42,641 bases of DNA from Xenococcaceae cyanobacterium (GTDB lineage: Bacteria; Cyanobacteriota; Cyanobacteriia; Cyanobacteriales; Xenococcaceae). The stretch lies in assembly GCA_051155735.1 (NCBI GenBank), contig DAXETX010000074.1, positions 1-42,641 of the forward strand, in the 5' to 3' direction. Shown one piece after another: positions 39,863 to 42,641 of the stretch; within the stretch, counting starts at the first letter, position 1; each line of letters starts with the position of its first letter. A program made the position numbers and the translations under genes. A model generated the notes under the pieces. That model did not search any database and was not told the origin of the DNA. It saw nothing but the letters and a program-made list of their open reading frames with translations.

Positions 39863-40597
39863 TCAATCTAAGGAATTTTCTGACTCTAACTCATTGTAGT
39901 CTTCTTTGTCGCTGAACAAGCCAAACAGGGGAGCGAGAACTGCACCAAAAATAAAGCCTCCAGCATGAGCCCAATAAGCGACACCGCCACCTTGCATTCC
40001 TACATGAGCAGGTGCTTCCAGCATACTTATACCATTAAAAGCCTGTTGGATAAACCAAAAACCGAGAAACCACAAAGCAGAAATGCGAAAGATGGGAAAA
40101 AAGAAGCCTAGAGGTATGAGAGTGACAATTTTGGCTTGAGGAAACTTGATGATATAAGCTCCCATTACACCAGCGATCGCACCACTAGCACCAAGGGAGG
40201 GAACAGCAGATGTTGGGTCGAAAAAAGACTGAGTTAGACCAGCTAAGACCCCACAGCTTATATAAAATAATAAATATTTAATTTTACCCAATCTTTCTTC
40301 AATATTATTGCCAAAAATCCCCAGAAATAACATATTAAAGCCCACATGAATAAATCCAGCATGGAGAAATTGAGCCGTAATTAAAGTCATAAATTCTGGA
40401 ACAGGCTGATTGATTGCTACACCATTAAAACTCGCATTTAGCTCTAAAGGCACAACTGCGAATAAGTGAAAAAAGTAGTCTAACTCAGGGGGAGTCAAAA
40501 TTAACTCATAAATAAAAACTATAATATTCGTCGTAATTAAGCCATAGGTAATGTAGGGAGTGATTTGAATCGGATTTTCATCTTTTAAAGGAATCAT
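39863..40597 (-). CDS. Rhomboid-family intramembrane serine protease.
   Basis: Catalytic Ser motif GASGAIAGVMGAY and catalytic His in AHAGGFIFG, with about 6 TM helices. I set the start at the internal ATG 40597 (MIPLKDENP...). The track's 40666 start would add 23 aa of uncertain N-terminus. Confidence 0.75.
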   Translation of the reverse strand: MIPLKDENPIQITPYITYGLITTNIIVFIYELILTPPELDYFFHLFAVVPLELNASFNGVAINQPVPEFMTLITAQFLHAGFIHVGFNMLFLGIFGNNIEERLGKIKYLLFYISCGVLAGLTQSFFDPTSAVPSLGASGAIAGVMGAYIIKFPQAKIVTLIPLGFFFPIFRISALWFLGFWFIQQAFNGISMLEAPAHVGMQGGGVAYWAHAGGFIFGAVLAPLFGLFSDKEDYNELESENSLD

Positions 40598-40818
40598 AAA
40601 TTTATTTTCTGACTTTAAGACTATTTCAATAAAAATATAGCTAATATCTAAAACATATTTGCTCAAAAATCAATATTATCTATCTGAAGTTATAGTTATC
40701 TTTCTGAAGAACTTAGATAAACTTGTTTTTACTAGATTTCTCCCCAAAGTAAGAGTGTTTCTCAAAAAATAACTATTACCATTTAACTGTAAACTTAATA
40801 ATTTGCTCTACATATAAT

Positions 40819-41439
40819 ATGAAAATCGATTTTCTTGTAAAGATTTCTCAACAGTTAGTAATTTTCACTGGTATTCTAAGTTTGGGAACTCTATCGATGT
40901 CTCCTGTCCTAGCTGACAATCATCTAGATTCTCCTACTAGTCAAACCCAGGAAATGCCCATGAATGAATCTAGTGACGCAGCTAGTAATATTGTAGAAGT
41001 AGCTTCAGCCAGCGAGTCATTTAATACTTTAGTTCAAGCCATAGAAGCAGCAGGATTAGCCGATAAATTGTCAGACTCTAGTGCTTCTTACACGGTTTTT
41101 GCGCCGACAGACGAAGCTTTTAATCAATTACCCGATGGCGCATTGGACTATCTGCTACAACCTGAAAACCAAGAATTATTACAGCAAGTACTCTCTTATC
41201 ATGTTATTCCTAGTGCTGTAGAATCTAGTGAAATTTCTAGTGGTAGTGTAGAAACATTAGGCGGTGGCTTGGCATTAGATGTTACTGATGATCGAATTGT
41301 CGTTAATAATGCCAGTGTAGTCGATCCGAACATTCAGGCGAGTAATGGAGTGATTCACGGGGTAAATCGAGTTTTGCTTCCAGAAGATTTGCAGAGTGCT
41401 TTAGCTTCGGAATTAGGCGTCGCCAATATCTATCAATAA
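40819..41439 (+). CDS. Secreted fasciclin (FAS1)-domain protein.
   Basis: 206 aa. Signal peptide. FAS1 motifs YTVFAPTDEAFNQLP, VLSYHVIP, GVIHGVNRVLLP. Confidence 0.8.
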   Translation: MKIDFLVKISQQLVIFTGILSLGTLSMSPVLADNHLDSPTSQTQEMPMNESSDAASNIVEVASASESFNTLVQAIEAAGLADKLSDSSASYTVFAPTDEAFNQLPDGALDYLLQPENQELLQQVLSYHVIPSAVESSEISSGSVETLGGGLALDVTDDRIVVNNASVVDPNIQASNGVIHGVNRVLLPEDLQSALASELGVANIYQ

Positions 41440-41480
41440 ATCTTGTAAAAGCTTTGCTAGAAGTCTTTAATAATTAAAGT

Positions 41481-41514
41481 AGTGCGATCGCTTTTTCAAA
41501 AAAGCGATCGCACT
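41481..41514. terminator. Perfect 16-bp inverted repeat (AGTGCGATCGCTTTTT ca AAAAAGCGATCGCACT) between the convergent fasciclin and GST genes. It is a bidirectional intrinsic terminator built from two HIP1 octamers.
   Basis: Read directly. The GC-rich stem is flanked by a U-tract in either orientation. Confidence 0.7.
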
Positions 41515-41533
41515 ATTCTGTAAGCCATAATTT

Positions 41534-42175
41534 CTATTTTGTCCGCCACTGTCTGATAAATTCAGTCCATTTATCTAACTGTTCTTGACTAGGGAGAGTT
41601 TTTTGCCAAACTTCTCTGGCTTCTAAACGCTGACTCCAAGTTTTAATATTCGGAAAACTACTTAACTCAAAGCCTAATTTATTAATTAAGATGACGGTGT
41701 TACCCGCCACAATATCTCCTAGGGTGAATTGATTTCCGCCAAAATAAATATCATCTCTCAACACTTCTGAGAAAAACTCCATAACTTGTTTAATTTTTCG
41801 CTTAGCTTTAGCGAGTTTTGGTGAATCTTTTGACTCGATAATTAAAGGGATTATTTGAGACACTAATTCACTACAAGTTACCATTTGCGCCATTCTGACT
41901 TTAGCTAATCTTTCAGGATTATCAGGCAGTAAAATAATTTCAGGATATTTAGCTTCTAAATAATCTAATATGGCTAAGGATTCGATGATTCTTAAACCAT
42001 CATCTACAATGACAGGAATATGATGAAAAGGATTAAGTTGCAAAAATTCGGATTTAAATTGCTCTTTTTCGGGTAAATTAATAATTATTGGCTCAAAAGT
42101 AATCTTTTTCTCTAATAAGGCAATCCAGACACGACGTGCTAAAGGGGACATGGGATGATAGTAAAATTGCAACAT
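41534..42175 (-). CDS. Glutathione S-transferase family protein.
   Basis: 213 aa. Thioredoxin-like N-terminal domain (MLQFYYHPMSPLARRVWIALLEKKI...IPVIVDDGLRIIESLAILDYLEAKYP) and a helical C-terminal domain. Confidence 0.8.
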   Translation of the reverse strand: MLQFYYHPMSPLARRVWIALLEKKITFEPIIINLPEKEQFKSEFLQLNPFHHIPVIVDDGLRIIESLAILDYLEAKYPEIILLPDNPERLAKVRMAQMVTCSELVSQIIPLIIESKDSPKLAKAKRKIKQVMEFFSEVLRDDIYFGGNQFTLGDIVAGNTVILINKLGFELSSFPNIKTWSQRLEAREVWQKTLPSQEQLDKWTEFIRQWRTK

Positions 42176-42251
42176 AGATAGTTTTCCTGTAAATAATTTA
42201 CGAATTTTAGTGACAAAAAAGACCGATTGGTCTGTAAACCCTTAAAAAATT

Positions 42252-42641
42252 TTAGGACTGAGAAATTAAACTCAAATTATCCAAATAACTCTGTAAACTT
42301 TTTACAACTATTTCGAGATGAATTGCCTCTTGATAAAGTTGACTCATCATCACTCCGCCTTCAATCGTCGAAATTAAAATAGTGGCGATAGTTTCTGAAT
42401 TGATCGTAGATTTTATTTCTCCTTTTTTGATTCCTTTTTCGACAATTTTAATAATCAAATTCCGCCAAGAATCCATCGCTTGTTTAGTGCGATCGCGCAA
42501 AAGTGAATTAGTATTATCCCATTCAATGGCACTATTCATAATGGGACAACCACCAGGAAGCGGAGGCTGATCGCTGAAATCTAGATACACAGCTACTAAA
42601 GCTTTGAGTCTGGCGATCGCATTTTGTTCTTGTTTCACGGC
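42252..42641 (-). CDS. TetR/AcrR-family transcriptional regulator, C-terminal ligand-binding part only. The N-terminal helix-turn-helix lies beyond the window edge.
   Basis: The open frame runs to the window end. The sequence reads as a TetR C-terminal helical domain (…LPGGCPIMNSAIE…IATILISTIEGGVMMSQLY…). Confidence 0.5.
   Translation of the reverse strand, partial: AVKQEQNAIARLKALVAVYLDFSDQPPLPGGCPIMNSAIEWDNTNSLLRDRTKQAMDSWRNLIIKIVEKGIKKGEIKSTINSETIATILISTIEGGVMMSQLYQEAIHLEIVVKSLQSYLDNLSLISQS

Overview
This 42.6 kb window reads as a chromosomal segment from a low-GC cyanobacterium. Evidence for that: the HIP1 octamer GCGATCGC occurs more than 40 times by eye, the tmRNA tag (ANNIVKFERQAVLA) is of the cyanobacterial ANNIV type, and the lysA-cdaA-uppS, sufR/sufB and mntCAB loci have the cyanobacterial arrangement. 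I support about 38 protein-coding genes, one tmRNA gene (ssrA), one small gene fragment (a truncated nucleotidyltransferase), several hairpin terminators and two SufR operator palindromes. I see no transposase, integrase, CRISPR array or rRNA/tRNA gene.

Most genes are housekeeping: pdhB, lysA, cdaA, uppS, hemB, ffh, tlyA, ssb, sufB, sufR, mntCAB and a class-I cysteine desulfurase.

The accessory-looking parts are:
- A tandem pair of cyanobacterial 'AAA-like' (STAND-type) NTPase genes, the second fused to a ~14-blade WD40 array. This is my top candidate for an undescribed NLR-like conflict or signalling system.
- A co-directional TPM(YgcG-like)-NfeD-flotillin membrane cluster.
- An operon-like block of a GH63-like glycoside hydrolase, a WcbI-domain/TPR protein, a Uma2 endonuclease and a DUF442-type phosphatase.
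- A response-regulator-CBS-HEAT-TPR cluster just upstream of mntCAB.

All functional calls rest on motif recognition by eye. No database searches were run.
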